Shown: positions 47,797-57,137 of the stretch, one piece after another
How positions within the stretch are numbered: position 1 is the stretch's first letter
How the letters are laid out: each line of letters starts with the position of its first letter
Source of the DNA: Escherichia phage UoN_LG358_1
Length of the DNA stretch: 64,000 bases
Sequence record: OK570374
Direction: 5' to 3' (one strand)
Translations under genes and position numbers: made by a program
The notes under the pieces: generated by a model
Databases searched by the model: none
Told to the model about the DNA's origin: nothing
What the model saw: the letters and a program-made list of their open reading frames with translations, nothing else

Positions 47797-48032
47797 TTAC
47801 CCGCAATTAAAACACCGACCATAAAAATAATCCAGAACGGGTAAAAGAAAACCATTGACCATTCTGCAACTATTTTTGTCAGTTTATGTTTAGTAGTGCG
47901 ACAGCTCGACGCTGGCATTCCAATACACCAAGCAAATTTTCTAACAAATAAAAAACCGATAATTAAATAAGCAACTACACCTAATACAATTAAAATTTCC
48001 ATAATTACACCGCCATTATAAACCCAATGCAT
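47793..48032 (-). CDS. hypothetical membrane protein
   Basis: 79-aa ORF with two hydrophobic segments. Confidence 0.4.
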   Translation of the reverse strand: MHWVYNGGVIMEILIVLGVVAYLIIGFLFVRKFAWCIGMPASSCRTTKHKLTKIVAEWSMVFFYPFWIIFMVGVLIAGK

Positions 48033-48366
48033 CCCGTTCTGATTCGGTTAATTTTGCTAAAGCTTGTTCACGTACTCGTTTAATGCGCTCTTCTTTGTCT
48101 TTGGCAGTTTCTCGTTGAATATCAAAACCGTTTTTAACGATAAATGAAAGCGTCTTTCCATCTGCAAATATAACTGTTAAAGCTTCTTTTGACATGTCTG
48201 AAACATGTCCATCACTGCCGTACCAGGATTTACCAGCGACGCTCTCGCGCGCTTTTTCATATGAGTCATAGTATCCATAATGTTGAGTTCTGCGGTCATC
48301 TGGGGATATCGTAGCTTCCCAGACCTTTTCAATTTTACTGCTAATAATAGTTGTATTATTAATCAT
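48016..48366 (-). CDS. hypothetical protein
   Basis: 116-aa ORF in track. Confidence 0.4.
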   Translation of the reverse strand: MINNTTIISSKIEKVWEATISPDDRRTQHYGYYDSYEKARESVAGKSWYGSDGHVSDMSKEALTVIFADGKTLSFIVKNGFDIQRETAKDKEERIKRVREQALAKLTESERDALGL

Positions 48367-48419
48367 TTTTTAATTCCTCAATATGGCTTTCGCAATTAAT
48401 CACAAAAACTCTTTAATTT

Positions 48420-48698
48420 CTACCTGCATAATTTACCCTTAAATAATTCTGCCCGGGCAGCTCGTTTAGGTTCGCAGTTCCAATATTTATCTTTACATGG
48501 AGTGCTGCAAAACTTATGTTGCCAACTACGCTTTGTAATAACCTTTCGGCAATAAGGACAATACATTTTTGTCCCTACTTTCACTGAAGTATTATTATCA
48601 TAAATTGGTTTCATTACATTATAACGAGTATCTAATTCTTCCTCTTCAACGTAATCCCAATCTTCATCTAATCCGTATCCCATTATCCTTTGCTCCAA
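48420..48698 (-). CDS. hypothetical zinc-ribbon protein
   Basis: 92 aa; CPYC...CSTPC...C Cys cluster. Confidence 0.4.
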   Translation of the reverse strand: MEQRIMGYGLDEDWDYVEEEELDTRYNVMKPIYDNNTSVKVGTKMYCPYCRKVITKRSWQHKFCSTPCKDKYWNCEPKRAARAELFKGKLCR

Positions 48699-49676
48699 TT
48701 ATTTCAGCATTGTTACTTCTGAGATTTCACGCCAATTTTTCTCGTCTGTTGCTACGAAATCCGCCAAATACAAGGCAGTACGTAATGATACATTACGAAG
48801 ACGGTTTACGTTGTTTTTCATAAATTCGAGAACATCAACAACCTGTGAATTACGTAATCCGCGATTTTGTAACATCCGGGTATTCATAATAACTTCTTCA
48901 ACGCGGACCATTATTTCTTCATTTGAATGAACACCTAAATCTAAATAAACTGAACGTGATACCAAAGCAGCAAGATGCGGTGCTAATTTGCTTCCACGTT
49001 CTAATTCTTTATCAATATCAACGTTTGTGATAAAAACTACTGTTCCCTCATATTCAAATTCATTTGGGATGTTTTTTTCTTCCAAGTAAGAAGAAGCAGT
49101 ACTCCAACATACCTTACGTTTATCACCCGAATCCAAAGCAGCTTTAAGAAGATTTAGAATATCCATATCAGAAAATACGTCCACATCATCAATAAGCAGA
49201 ACTGAATTAGCTTCACGAGATTCCCAAAGACGGCAGTAAAGACCAATCCCGGAAATTTTACCATTGACTGATTTATATTCAATTCTACCATCATTGTGAG
49301 CATTTTCCAATGCTTTATCTAAGGTGTAAGTTTTACCAATACCCGCAGCGCCCGAGATGATAAGTGAACGAATGTTACCATTTATAATACCATTCGTCAT
49401 AAATCCCATAACGTTAAAGCGCTTATTAATGCGAGCTTTCATATCATCTACGCTTTCGATAAGTTCAATCTTTTTAGTAGTTCCGCTGTAGCTGATATCT
49501 GATTTGTAAACCCAAACACCTTTTTTCTTACCATTAATCATTACGAATACTTTACCATCACCTTGGGCAGCATCTTCGGGTTTCAAAGTTTCCGGGAACC
49601 ATTCCCCTACTAATTCGAACGTCCCGGAAATTTCTTTTCCGAAGTTAATACCTTTATTGATAGTGATGGTTGTCAT
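48699..49676 (-). CDS. P-loop NTPase (AAA-like ATPase) of unknown function
   Basis: Walker A GAAGIGKT, Walker B VLLIDDVD, sensor-like FITN; start at ATG 49676 downstream of an early promoter. Confidence 0.5.
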   Translation of the reverse strand: MTTITINKGINFGKEISGTFELVGEWFPETLKPEDAAQGDGKVFVMINGKKKGVWVYKSDISYSGTTKKIELIESVDDMKARINKRFNVMGFMTNGIINGNIRSLIISGAAGIGKTYTLDKALENAHNDGRIEYKSVNGKISGIGLYCRLWESREANSVLLIDDVDVFSDMDILNLLKAALDSGDKRKVCWSTASSYLEEKNIPNEFEYEGTVVFITNVDIDKELERGSKLAPHLAALVSRSVYLDLGVHSNEEIMVRVEEVIMNTRMLQNRGLRNSQVVDVLEFMKNNVNRLRNVSLRTALYLADFVATDEKNWREISEVTMLK

Positions 49677-49725
49677 TTTATTCTCCAAGTTAGTTTTTGT
49701 TTTACCATTTATTTGGTATGAAGTA

Positions 49726-49755
49726 ATAGTATCATCATTTCATACCGTTGTAAAC
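49726..49755 (-). promoter_or_regulatory. T4-type early promoter with -10 inside hairpin loop
   Basis: GTTTAC-18-TACTAT on the minus strand; inverted repeat GGTATGAA/TTCATACC (49715..49746) brackets the -10. Confidence 0.4.
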
Positions 49756-49763
49756 ATTATTTT

Positions 49764-49982
49764 TTAAATTAATGCTAAAATTTCGTTGACGTAGTAAGGA
49801 CGAACTTTGGAGTTCAAGAAAAATTCATCAACGAAGTCAATCAATTCATCAGTAGTACCAGAAATGTTTGCTAACTTAGAGAAAACTTCTCCGACCATCA
49901 AAGCTTCAAATTTAACGTTGTATTGACGAGCTACTTCTTCGGCTTTTGTGACGTTATTTACTACGATTTGCAAAGTTTTCAT
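49764..49982 (-). CDS. hypothetical small protein
   Basis: Start at ATG 49982 (SD GGAG); MKTLQIVVNNVTKAEE... Confidence 0.4.
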   Translation of the reverse strand: MKTLQIVVNNVTKAEEVARQYNVKFEALMVGEVFSKLANISGTTDELIDFVDEFFLNSKVRPYYVNEILALI

Positions 49983-50010
49983 TTTATTCTCCTTTGGTTT
50001 TGATAGTGCT

Positions 50011-50040
50011 ATAATACCATATGTCATAGCACTTGTAAAC
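50011..50040 (-). promoter_or_regulatory. T4-type early promoter with -10 inside hairpin loop
   Basis: GTTTAC-18-TATTAT; inverted repeat AGTGCTAT/ATAGCACT (50005..50033). Confidence 0.4.
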
Positions 50041-50041
50041 A

Positions 50042-50278
50042 TTATTTTTTGAAATTTGCGTTTTTAACAGTAACTTCATCTTCTGGGTTGAAAACGAACT
50101 GCTTAAACAATGTTTCTGCTTTTGGATTGAAAATCATAGTGAAGAAAGTTAAAGTGCCCGGTTCAACTTCACGAACTCCGCAGATATCATATTCAACGTT
50201 ATCAACGATAAGTTTATTTGAGTTTAGTGCATCTTTAGCTTTGATTACAGAAGTTTCGATTTTCAGGGTAACTTTCAT
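50042..50278 (-). CDS. hypothetical small protein
   Basis: Start at ATG 50278; MKVTLKIETSVIKAKDA... Confidence 0.4.
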   Translation of the reverse strand: MKVTLKIETSVIKAKDALNSNKLIVDNVEYDICGVREVEPGTLTFFTMIFNPKAETLFKQFVFNPEDEVTVKNANFKK

Positions 50279-50393
50279 TTTATTCTCCAATGTATCAGTT
50301 TGTTTGGTATGAGGTAATAGTATCAAACTTTAAAGCATCTGTACACACTTTTTGAAAATTTTCTTCAAAAACAACAAAACCTCCCGAAGGAGG

Positions 50394-50648
50394 TTATTTG
50401 GAGTATTTTTCTAGCTGGCGCTCAGCGAACCGTTTAGGTAGCATAAACAACCATTTTAGGATATGCCAGAGACCCGTTAAGATAAAAACAGGTAACCATA
50501 ATAGTAATACAAACAGGTAAGAAGAAGTGTCCTCAATCGTCCCTCGTTTAACGAGGGCATTTGTTATAAACCAGCCGCATGTTAGATAAACTAACGTAAC
50601 AATGATAGGCATAATCCACCAAAGCTGAGCTAAAAGTAAAGTAACCAT
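50394..50648 (-). CDS. small two-helix membrane protein
   Basis: 84 aa; two hydrophobic stretches (WWIMPIIVTLVYLTCGWFI / LFVLLLWLPVFILTGLW); immediately downstream of the nucleotidyltransferase. Confidence 0.45.
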   Translation of the reverse strand: MVTLLLAQLWWIMPIIVTLVYLTCGWFITNALVKRGTIEDTSSYLFVLLLWLPVFILTGLWHILKWLFMLPKRFAERQLEKYSK

Positions 50649-50651
50649 AAT

Positions 50652-51662
50652 TCACCGGTAGTAATGGTTGTGATTTTCAAGATAAACCTCTTCCAAGAAC
50701 TTGTCCCAGAATGTCATATCAATTTTGTTAGGCATTCCATTTTTAGACGCAGTCATTGCCAGTGCTTCAACTTCATCTACGATGTCTTCAAGACTAGCTT
50801 GGACATCTTTGAATGGGATTAATCCTTGCTTAATTTCTAAGATGAATGGTGCAGTACAAAGAGGATATTTTAAGTCGCCTGTTTTGTAAATTTCCTTTAA
50901 CTGATATCCAGCACGGTACGCATGACTCAGAGCTTTCCAATCAATGCCTTCGTTAGCTTCTGCCTTTCGTGCTCGTTCGCCATATTCACTATCAAGTTTG
51001 TTTAAAGACTGTTTGAGCTCAGTAACAGAGAGTGTAGTCTGGTATTTGCGTCCTAATACAGTATAGAACGTCTGTGGACCAGTTTTCTCATGGTTATGGA
51101 ATACCCATTCACAGAATTCATTCTCTGGAAGACGATGTTTGATATCTTCAACCTTAGTACGACGTGGACGTGTCGGAATACATTCCTGATGGTCAACCCA
51201 CTGCTCAGGAACTTGATTAACAATTTCAAGAACCTGGCGAAGAGCAGCCAGGCGCGAACCTTTTACACCATATTTGGCAGCTTGTTTCCGGACATATCCA
51301 AGATAAGATTTCATATTAGTGGTGTAAAACCGCCAACGGTTGTCTTGAATAAATTTCCACACTTCGGGCAAATCAGATTTAACAATCATATTGCTAGGAG
51401 TATGAAGCATATCAAGAGCAACAGTTTCTCCTTGCTTAGCGAGTTCCAACCAATATTTGAGAGAATAGAGTTCATGGTCCACGTCGTCTTTGGTGTTTTT
51501 AGTTTCAGTGTTATTGGTGTTAAAATTCGTGTGGTTCATAGCCCGCCCAAGTAGAATGTCTCGGGCGTTTGGAACAAAAATTTCTTTAAAATCGACATCA
51601 CTTTCAGGCGTAGATGTACCGTATAAATGACTTCCAAAATAGCTTTTTACGACTGTTTTCAT
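50652..51662 (-). CDS. Pol-beta-superfamily nucleotidyltransferase-like protein
   Basis: N-terminal GSHLYGTSTPESDVDF (GS...SDxD) plus downstream acidic DVDH; start at ATG 51662 abutting the upstream stop. Confidence 0.5.
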   Translation of the reverse strand: MKTVVKSYFGSHLYGTSTPESDVDFKEIFVPNARDILLGRAMNHTNFNTNNTETKNTKDDVDHELYSLKYWLELAKQGETVALDMLHTPSNMIVKSDLPEVWKFIQDNRWRFYTTNMKSYLGYVRKQAAKYGVKGSRLAALRQVLEIVNQVPEQWVDHQECIPTRPRRTKVEDIKHRLPENEFCEWVFHNHEKTGPQTFYTVLGRKYQTTLSVTELKQSLNKLDSEYGERARKAEANEGIDWKALSHAYRAGYQLKEIYKTGDLKYPLCTAPFILEIKQGLIPFKDVQASLEDIVDEVEALAMTASKNGMPNKIDMTFWDKFLEEVYLENHNHYYR

Positions 51663-51663
51663 A

Positions 51664-52215
51664 TTAGCCCCAAAATAATCCGTATGCATCCAGCGCATTT
51701 GTATCTTTAAAATTAATCATTTCAATTTTACGAGTATTTTCGTTTTCAACGACCACAGCAGAACAGCTATCGTTGATGTAAACTACTTTCCAATATCCAG
51801 AGCTAGAAGGTTTAGAAAGCATATCGCCAACAGCCACAGGTCTGTTAATGAATTTTTTCTTATTTACAACTTTACATAATGTGTATTTTTTAGGGTCAAA
51901 AACAAGTTCTTCACCTTTATATTCGACAACAGAAAAATGTTCAACTTTGAAAAAATCTGAGCCATTATAATAAAGAATTTCGTCTTTAAAGTCCAATTGA
52001 ATGATGGCGTCCGGGTCTCCAACTACTGTGCCAAATATATAATTCTGGCGGTTAACGTCTGAAAACTCTCCAAAACAAGTTTTACCTACTATACGTATTT
52101 CGTATTTTTTGGTTCCAGAGGGGTCAATCAAAATATTAAGAATATCGCCAGTTTCAATTGGTACTAGTTCCGGTTCAATTACTGTCTTGGGTTTTTTAAA
52201 TGAAATTTTGCTCAT
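51664..52215 (-). CDS. hypothetical protein
   Basis: First ATG at 52215; track ORF starts at TTG. Confidence 0.4.
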   Translation of the reverse strand: MSKISFKKPKTVIEPELVPIETGDILNILIDPSGTKKYEIRIVGKTCFGEFSDVNRQNYIFGTVVGDPDAIIQLDFKDEILYYNGSDFFKVEHFSVVEYKGEELVFDPKKYTLCKVVNKKKFINRPVAVGDMLSKPSSSGYWKVVYINDSCSAVVVENENTRKIEMINFKDTNALDAYGLFWG

Positions 52216-52222
52216 GTTTTTC

Positions 52223-52678
52223 TCACTTTTTAACAAATTCAATTAATGGACAAATTTTTTCTTTTCGTGCTTTAATATATTGGATAACAATGCTTTTACT
52301 TTCCGTCTTTTCACCAGCTTCTATCTTTTTAATACGATTTTTGAGCCGGGTCGCATAAATTTTACTCTGCACTTTATAGCATAAAAGATTTATACCAACA
52401 AGCACTCCAAAAATAGCGCTTATAACAATAATTCCAATAATTGTTCCTAGAATTACACTTCCTACTGAATTTGAAATACCAATGGAAGATAACAGATATA
52501 TTGCTAAATCAACTCCAATTAAACTACATGCAAATAATATAATAAAAATTACTGAAGCAGACATAATTAGTACAAGTACAATTTTCCAAAAATACACACA
52601 TAAACTATTCGGCCGAGTAAAAGAACTAAAAAAGAAGTCATAAATTCGACAATGCCAAGAACTAGTATTAATAATCAT
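52223..52678 (-). CDS. hypothetical multi-pass membrane protein
   Basis: 151-aa ORF with several hydrophobic segments. Confidence 0.4.
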   Translation of the reverse strand: MIINTSSWHCRIYDFFFSSFTRPNSLCVYFWKIVLVLIMSASVIFIILFACSLIGVDLAIYLLSSIGISNSVGSVILGTIIGIIVISAIFGVLVGINLLCYKVQSKIYATRLKNRIKKIEAGEKTESKSIVIQYIKARKEKICPLIEFVKK

Positions 52679-52926
52679 TGTTCATTTCCTTTCATAGAAG
52701 GCAGTACAATATTCAAATAGTCACGAAGTTTTTCAGCTTCGGTTTTTAACAGAAAAATTTCTACGTCTTCGTCTTCATAATCTCTATGAATTATGCTAAC
52801 AATCTCATAGTTTTGTCCTTGATACCCATGTTCAATAACATCTAAGTTGAGAACACTTATTTCGCCAAAAGATGCATCAATTACATTAGCTTCGCGGCCA
52901 ACGCCTTTAAAATTCATTACTGTCAT
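52675..52926 (-). CDS. hypothetical protein
   Basis: 83-aa ORF in track. Confidence 0.4.
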   Translation of the reverse strand: MTVMNFKGVGREANVIDASFGEISVLNLDVIEHGYQGQNYEIVSIIHRDYEDEDVEIFLLKTEAEKLRDYLNIVLPSMKGNEQ

Positions 52927-53023
52927 TACTATTTCCTATTATTAACAATACAATTATAATTAAAAGAACTATAGATATTATAGTCTCAAATCCATAAAGC
53001 GTAATAAATTCTATCATTTATGC

Positions 53024-53305
53024 TTATCCTGTTTGATTGGTTTTGTTAGCAATATAAGACATTTTAGCAGCATAAACATAAGAAGAACTTTTATGAATAA
53101 TTTGAGCTAAATGGGGCAGTGCTTCAGTATCTTTTATAAACCTTTCTAGCTGTGAACGACATATTCCATCTTCTAGCATTTCATCATATATGGTATACAT
53201 CAAAAACCCGGTCTGGCCCTTGTACTGGCAAATTTCAATTCGTTCATTGCCGTCATAACAACGAGTAACAAGCAAATCACCTACTTCAAGTTTTGGAAAA
53301 CTCAT
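53024..53305 (-). CDS. hypothetical protein
   Basis: 93-aa ORF in track. Confidence 0.4.
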   Translation of the reverse strand: MSFPKLEVGDLLVTRCYDGNERIEICQYKGQTGFLMYTIYDEMLEDGICRSQLERFIKDTEALPHLAQIIHKSSSYVYAAKMSYIANKTNQTG

Positions 53306-53687
53306 CTTACACTCCCCAGATATTAAAGTTCATTGTAAACTTACTTTAGCAAATTCAGCGATATTATTCGTTGTCCACTGTTTCCCAAGCAAGAGTTACT
53401 ACAATGTTTTCAATAGATTGCACTAAGTGTTGTTTTGCACCAGTTGATAAATCATACTGACATAACGAATTAGCTAATTCAATTAACTTTCTTTTAGTCT
53501 CTTCATGAGCTGTTTCGTCATATTTCATTGTAAACTTCCCTTAACTAATTCAACGATACCATTCACAAGATTGTAAGTAAACAATGGATGATTGTATTGA
53601 ACGAACAGATAAACAGCAATAATAACGTTTTTCATATATCCTCCATATGATGAGATAATTATACCATATCTCATCATGAATGTACAA

Positions 53688-54107
53688 TCAAAAACTAAAT
53701 GAATTCAAAAATGATTTTTCATCTATCGGGCTATTATTTTTAGCGTATTCAGCATCTTTTGGGTCACTAAATTCATTATCTTTCAATTCTGCGCAGAAAT
53801 GAATTGCTCCACCAAAATTAGTAAAAACTCGGTTCAAATTATAAACCGTGCTTCGCTCTGAAGTCTCAACGCCCATATCAGCCAAAGAAGATTCAGTTAC
53901 GTATTCTTTAATACCATCAAAACTTTTATACTTTCGAATATGTTTAACAAACCAAGATTTAGAATACCCAAAATCTACCAAGAATGGATGACTCAAAACA
54001 ATAAGTTTGTCAATAGACTCTTCTGAGACTTCAGTTTCGGTACGATGAATTCCATAGACATGATACAGAACTCGGCCAGGGACAAAATCTTCGAATTTAG
54101 CTTTCAT
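53688..54107 (-). CDS. hypothetical protein
   Basis: 139-aa ORF downstream of an early promoter. Confidence 0.45.
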   Translation of the reverse strand: MKAKFEDFVPGRVLYHVYGIHRTETEVSEESIDKLIVLSHPFLVDFGYSKSWFVKHIRKYKSFDGIKEYVTESSLADMGVETSERSTVYNLNRVFTNFGGAIHFCAELKDNEFSDPKDAEYAKNNSPIDEKSFLNSFSF

Positions 54108-54137
54108 GATATTTTCCTCATTTGTTTTGATAAGTTA

Positions 54138-54167
54138 ATAGTAACACAGTTTTTGGAGGATGTAAAC
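54138..54167 (-). promoter_or_regulatory. T4-type early promoter
   Basis: Plus ATAGTAACACAGTTTTTGGAGGATGTAAACGGTTGATATGAAA, near-identical to the cassette at 37352..37380. Confidence 0.4.
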
Positions 54168-54182
54168 GGTTGATATGAAAAT

Positions 54183-54206
54183 GCCCTGGACTGATGCCAG
54201 GGCGAT
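54183..54206 (-). terminator. putative intrinsic terminator downstream of rI.-1
   Basis: GCCCTGG-ACTGATG-CCAGGGC hairpin followed by AUUUUCAU in the minus orientation. Confidence 0.5.
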
Positions 54207-54210
54207 AGGA

Positions 54211-54597
54211 TTACTCCAAGGTAAGGAGGTACTTCAGTTGGTAAAATGCTCCAACAATCTCATCCACCGTGTTCTGTATAGCGCGAGGAATTTTATCATA
54301 AATTGTGTCAGATTCAGTTAAGATGAGTTCAATCATTTTTATAGTGTCGCTTGGCAAAGTCTTTTGTTCTGGAATGTCCGGAACGTAAGGCTTGCCAGAA
54401 AAGCCTAGCCATTGTTCACCAAACTTATCAATCAAGTCAGGTAATTCATCAAATATAAAATTGTATGCTTTATGACGAGCATAGCTTTTAGTTTCGAAAT
54501 GAGCTGAATGAAAATATGAACGAGAAACCATTAACAAGCCAAGATATCTATTGGCTTCGTTTGATTTGCCGCCTTTAGCAAAATCTTCAAATTTCAT
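54211..54597 (-). CDS. hypothetical protein (rI.-1 position)
   Basis: Start at ATG 54597; adjacent to rI. Confidence 0.45.
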   Translation of the reverse strand: MKFEDFAKGGKSNEANRYLGLLMVSRSYFHSAHFETKSYARHKAYNFIFDELPDLIDKFGEQWLGFSGKPYVPDIPEQKTLPSDTIKMIELILTESDTIYDKIPRAIQNTVDEIVGAFYQLKYLLTLE

Positions 54598-54871
54598 GTT
54601 CTTCCTTTTCAGTAAATCGATTAGTGTAATATTCTTTAGCAACCTCTACACCAGCAGCTTCGCACGTGCTAGTACATGGTTGTCTATCCCATTTTGACTT
54701 AACAAATGAGAAGAATTGCTCACTTTCCCGTTTATTATAAATTTTATATTGAGTATACACTTTAAGCGCACCCTCAAAATACTCATCAAATTTAGGATTA
54801 AACGTGTCTGCATGTACTGGAACACACATAATTCCAATAAGCGCAGATAGAAATAGAGCTCTTAAGGCCAT
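54587..54871 (-). CDS. rI: lysis inhibition regulator rI (membrane-anchored periplasmic protein)
   Basis: 94 aa; N-terminal signal-anchor MALRALFLSALIGIMCVPVHA and ...NPKFDEYFEGA...EQFFSFV...QPCTS resembling T4 RI. Confidence 0.6.
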   Translation of the reverse strand: MALRALFLSALIGIMCVPVHADTFNPKFDEYFEGALKVYTQYKIYNKRESEQFFSFVKSKWDRQPCTSTCEAAGVEVAKEYYTNRFTEKEEHEI

Positions 54872-54882
54872 AATCGGCCTCC

Positions 54883-55101
54883 TTATTTTTGTCCAGTGTT
54901 TTGTTTGTGCTGTAATACAGCCTTAACTTCACTGAGGTATTTTTCCAGCTTACGTTTACGTGTATAATCTGCTTTCGAACCGTATAGACGTAATTCTTCT
55001 TGAAGGTGCGAAATACCATGCCCAATCTCACGACGAAGTTCGTCCAATTGTTCTACAGTAAGATTACGAAGTTGCTTTTCGTTTAAATGCTGCATATACA
55101 C
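54883..55101 (-). CDS. hypothetical protein (rI.1 position)
   Basis: 72-aa ORF in track. Confidence 0.4.
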   Translation of the reverse strand: MYMQHLNEKQLRNLTVEQLDELRREIGHGISHLQEELRLYGSKADYTRKRKLEKYLSEVKAVLQHKQNTGQK

Positions 55102-55142
55102 CTCATTAGTTAGTAATAGTATTTATAAATGTAGTACTATTA

Positions 55143-55721
55143 TTACATACCAGTTAATTCACACCAGTGTTTGCGGCAAAGAGATACATACTTATCTTCG
55201 CCACCTAACTCTATTGTATTACCTTCTTTCACAGCGTTTCCATTTTCATCTATACGAGCCACCATGGTAGCTTTTCTTCCGCAATGACAAACGCCTTTCA
55301 TTTCTATCAATTTGTCAGCAACCGCCAAAAGAGAAGCTGAACCAGTAAATAATTTACCTCTAAAATCTGTGCGCAATCCATATGCCATAACTGGAACATT
55401 ATAGATATCCACGATTTTACATAACTCATGAACATTAGCTTCAGTTAAAAATTGCGCTTCATCAACAAATACGCAATGAATATCTCGTTGAGTTTGAGCC
55501 CATTTGAAAAATTCAAATATATCCATATCAGGCGTGATTACATTAGCTTCTTGGCGAAGACCAATGCGTGACACAACTTCAGTTGCCGAATCTCTATCAT
55601 CAATTCCCGGTTTGAGAATTAATGTACCCATACCACGTTCTTTATAGTTATGAGCAGCTGTAAGAAGAGAAGCTGATTTCCCGGCATTCATGCTTGCATA
55701 GTTAAAATACAATTGAGCCAT
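55143..55721 (-). CDS. tk: thymidine kinase
   Basis: 192 aa; MAQLYFNYASMNAGKSASLLTAAHNYKERGM... P-loop and C-terminal zinc-binding cysteines; near-identical to T4 Tk. Confidence 0.9.
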   Translation of the reverse strand: MAQLYFNYASMNAGKSASLLTAAHNYKERGMGTLILKPGIDDRDSATEVVSRIGLRQEANVITPDMDIFEFFKWAQTQRDIHCVFVDEAQFLTEANVHELCKIVDIYNVPVMAYGLRTDFRGKLFTGSASLLAVADKLIEMKGVCHCGRKATMVARIDENGNAVKEGNTIELGGEDKYVSLCRKHWCELTGM

Positions 55722-55909
55722 TATAAGTCCTTCACTAAATTTTCCAGATATTGTTCTAGAGCATTTTCAGCTTTTGTTAATTTATCTGATAATTGATAAT
55801 ATGTTTCAGCGTCGCCATAATCAGAATTAATCTCAAACGACATATCTTTTTCCAAATCAATTATATCACTAATCATCTGAAGTATATCATGCTTTTGTTC
55901 CTTTGTCAT
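55721..55909 (-). CDS. hypothetical protein (tk.1 position)
   Basis: 62-aa ORF; ATGA-type overlap. Confidence 0.4.
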   Translation of the reverse strand: MTKEQKHDILQMISDIIDLEKDMSFEINSDYGDAETYYQLSDKLTKAENALEQYLENLVKDL

Positions 55910-56079
55910 GTCGTTATCTCATCTAAATATTTTTTAAACGCTGCTTTATCGTCATCTAAAATTTTACGATAAGTTTCCCAATCATGACCAGTAATTAATT
56001 CAGCTTCATAATTAATTTGAGAATTCAAAAGCTCTTCGACTAAATAAAGTATTTCTTTATTTTGCTCAGTAGTAATCAT
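55906..56079 (-). CDS. small hypothetical protein (57 aa)
   Basis: Hand-translated MITTEQNKEILYLVEELLNSQINYEAELITGHDWETYRKILDDDKAAFKKYLDEITT with ATGA overlaps at both ends. Confidence 0.3.
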   Translation of the reverse strand: MITTEQNKEILYLVEELLNSQINYEAELITGHDWETYRKILDDDKAAFKKYLDEITT

Positions 56080-56339
56080 ACTGGCTCTCCTGGTTCAATC
56101 CATTCTGGAGTATATTGAAAGAATCCTTCACCAACGTGATTCTTACACGTTTTGTTGGAGCAATATAACCACCAATCCCATGCATTATAAGGTGGAGTAT
56201 TCATCAGCCCGTCATTACATAAAGAAAATACTACGGGCCATTTACAATCTTTACAACGGTGTTTTTCTTTTATATGAGTTTGCATTTTAGCCATCCCAAT
56301 CCACAACAATAATATCAATGTCAGGAGTAAACATATCAA
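56076..56339 (-). CDS. hypothetical Cys-rich protein
   Basis: 87-aa ORF; probable start at internal MAKMQTHIKEKHRCKDCKW. Confidence 0.4.
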   Translation of the reverse strand: MICLLLTLILLLWIGMAKMQTHIKEKHRCKDCKWPVVFSLCNDGLMNTPPYNAWDWWLYCSNKTCKNHVGEGFFQYTPEWIEPGEPV

Positions 56340-56739
56340 TAATCAACTCAATTTTATTCCAATCACCGCCTGCGATACCGGCACCAATGCGAGGAATATA
56401 AATCACAGGCCTGAATAATTGTCTTTTAGCCCAACAATTTAATCCCTGGAAAGCATAGAGTAATGCACCATAATTGATGTTAGGACCTGGCTCGTATTGG
56501 GTATAAAGATTAAAGCAAATTTGACCACGTTCGCCAGTCGCTTGAGTGTAATTTCCCAATTTATCTGGGTCTGCATGCTCAGTTTCGTAAACATCAATTT
56601 CCAAAATAGGAGGATATGCCTTAGCTAGTTGTCCAGCTACTCCTGCACCCATTGTATGGAAACAATTACAACCGTGAGCTACATTGTGACCTTCTAAGAA
56701 TATTTTTACAATATCGCCTTTGATATATTTTTTAATCAT
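56287..56739 (-). CDS. macro-domain-like protein (putative ADP-ribose binding/hydrolase)
   Basis: 150 aa; GDIVKIF...NVAHGCNCFHTMGAGVAGQL and later RIGAGIAGGDW resemble macro-domain nucleotide-binding loops. Confidence 0.45.
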   Translation of the reverse strand: MIKKYIKGDIVKIFLEGHNVAHGCNCFHTMGAGVAGQLAKAYPPILEIDVYETEHADPDKLGNYTQATGERGQICFNLYTQYEPGPNINYGALLYAFQGLNCWAKRQLFRPVIYIPRIGAGIAGGDWNKIELIIDMFTPDIDIIVVDWDG

Positions 56740-57137
56740 TTTTTCACCATATAAGTTGAATATTCGTCAACATCATTATATACTCTAATAAAAAATGTAT
56801 CGCACGTTTTCATTATAGTTTTCGCTGTGTTATAACTATCAAATGACGCTATCAAAAACGATTGCTCTATTTCTCCTTTAGCGCTTTTCTCGCAGCCCCT
56901 GATATTAAAAGAACCAACGGGTATAACGACTTGGTCACCTTTATCATTATAATTATAAAACGATATACCAAGAAGCTCTTTAATTGGAATATAAATTAAT
57001 TCTACATTTCGTTTAAAAGAACCGGAAGTTTCAATTTGTTTACCGGTTAGTGCTAAAACCTCTTCAGGATAGCCTGGGAGTTTTTCCCAGGCATTCAACG
57101 CAAATGTAACGAATAATAAACATATTAATTTTTTCAA
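56736..57137 (-). CDS. secreted/periplasmic hypothetical protein
   Basis: 133 aa; N-terminal signal peptide MKKLICLLFVTFALNA. Confidence 0.45.
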   Translation of the reverse strand: MKKLICLLFVTFALNAWEKLPGYPEEVLALTGKQIETSGSFKRNVELIYIPIKELLGISFYNYNDKGDQVVIPVGSFNIRGCEKSAKGEIEQSFLIASFDSYNTAKTIMKTCDTFFIRVYNDVDEYSTYMVKK

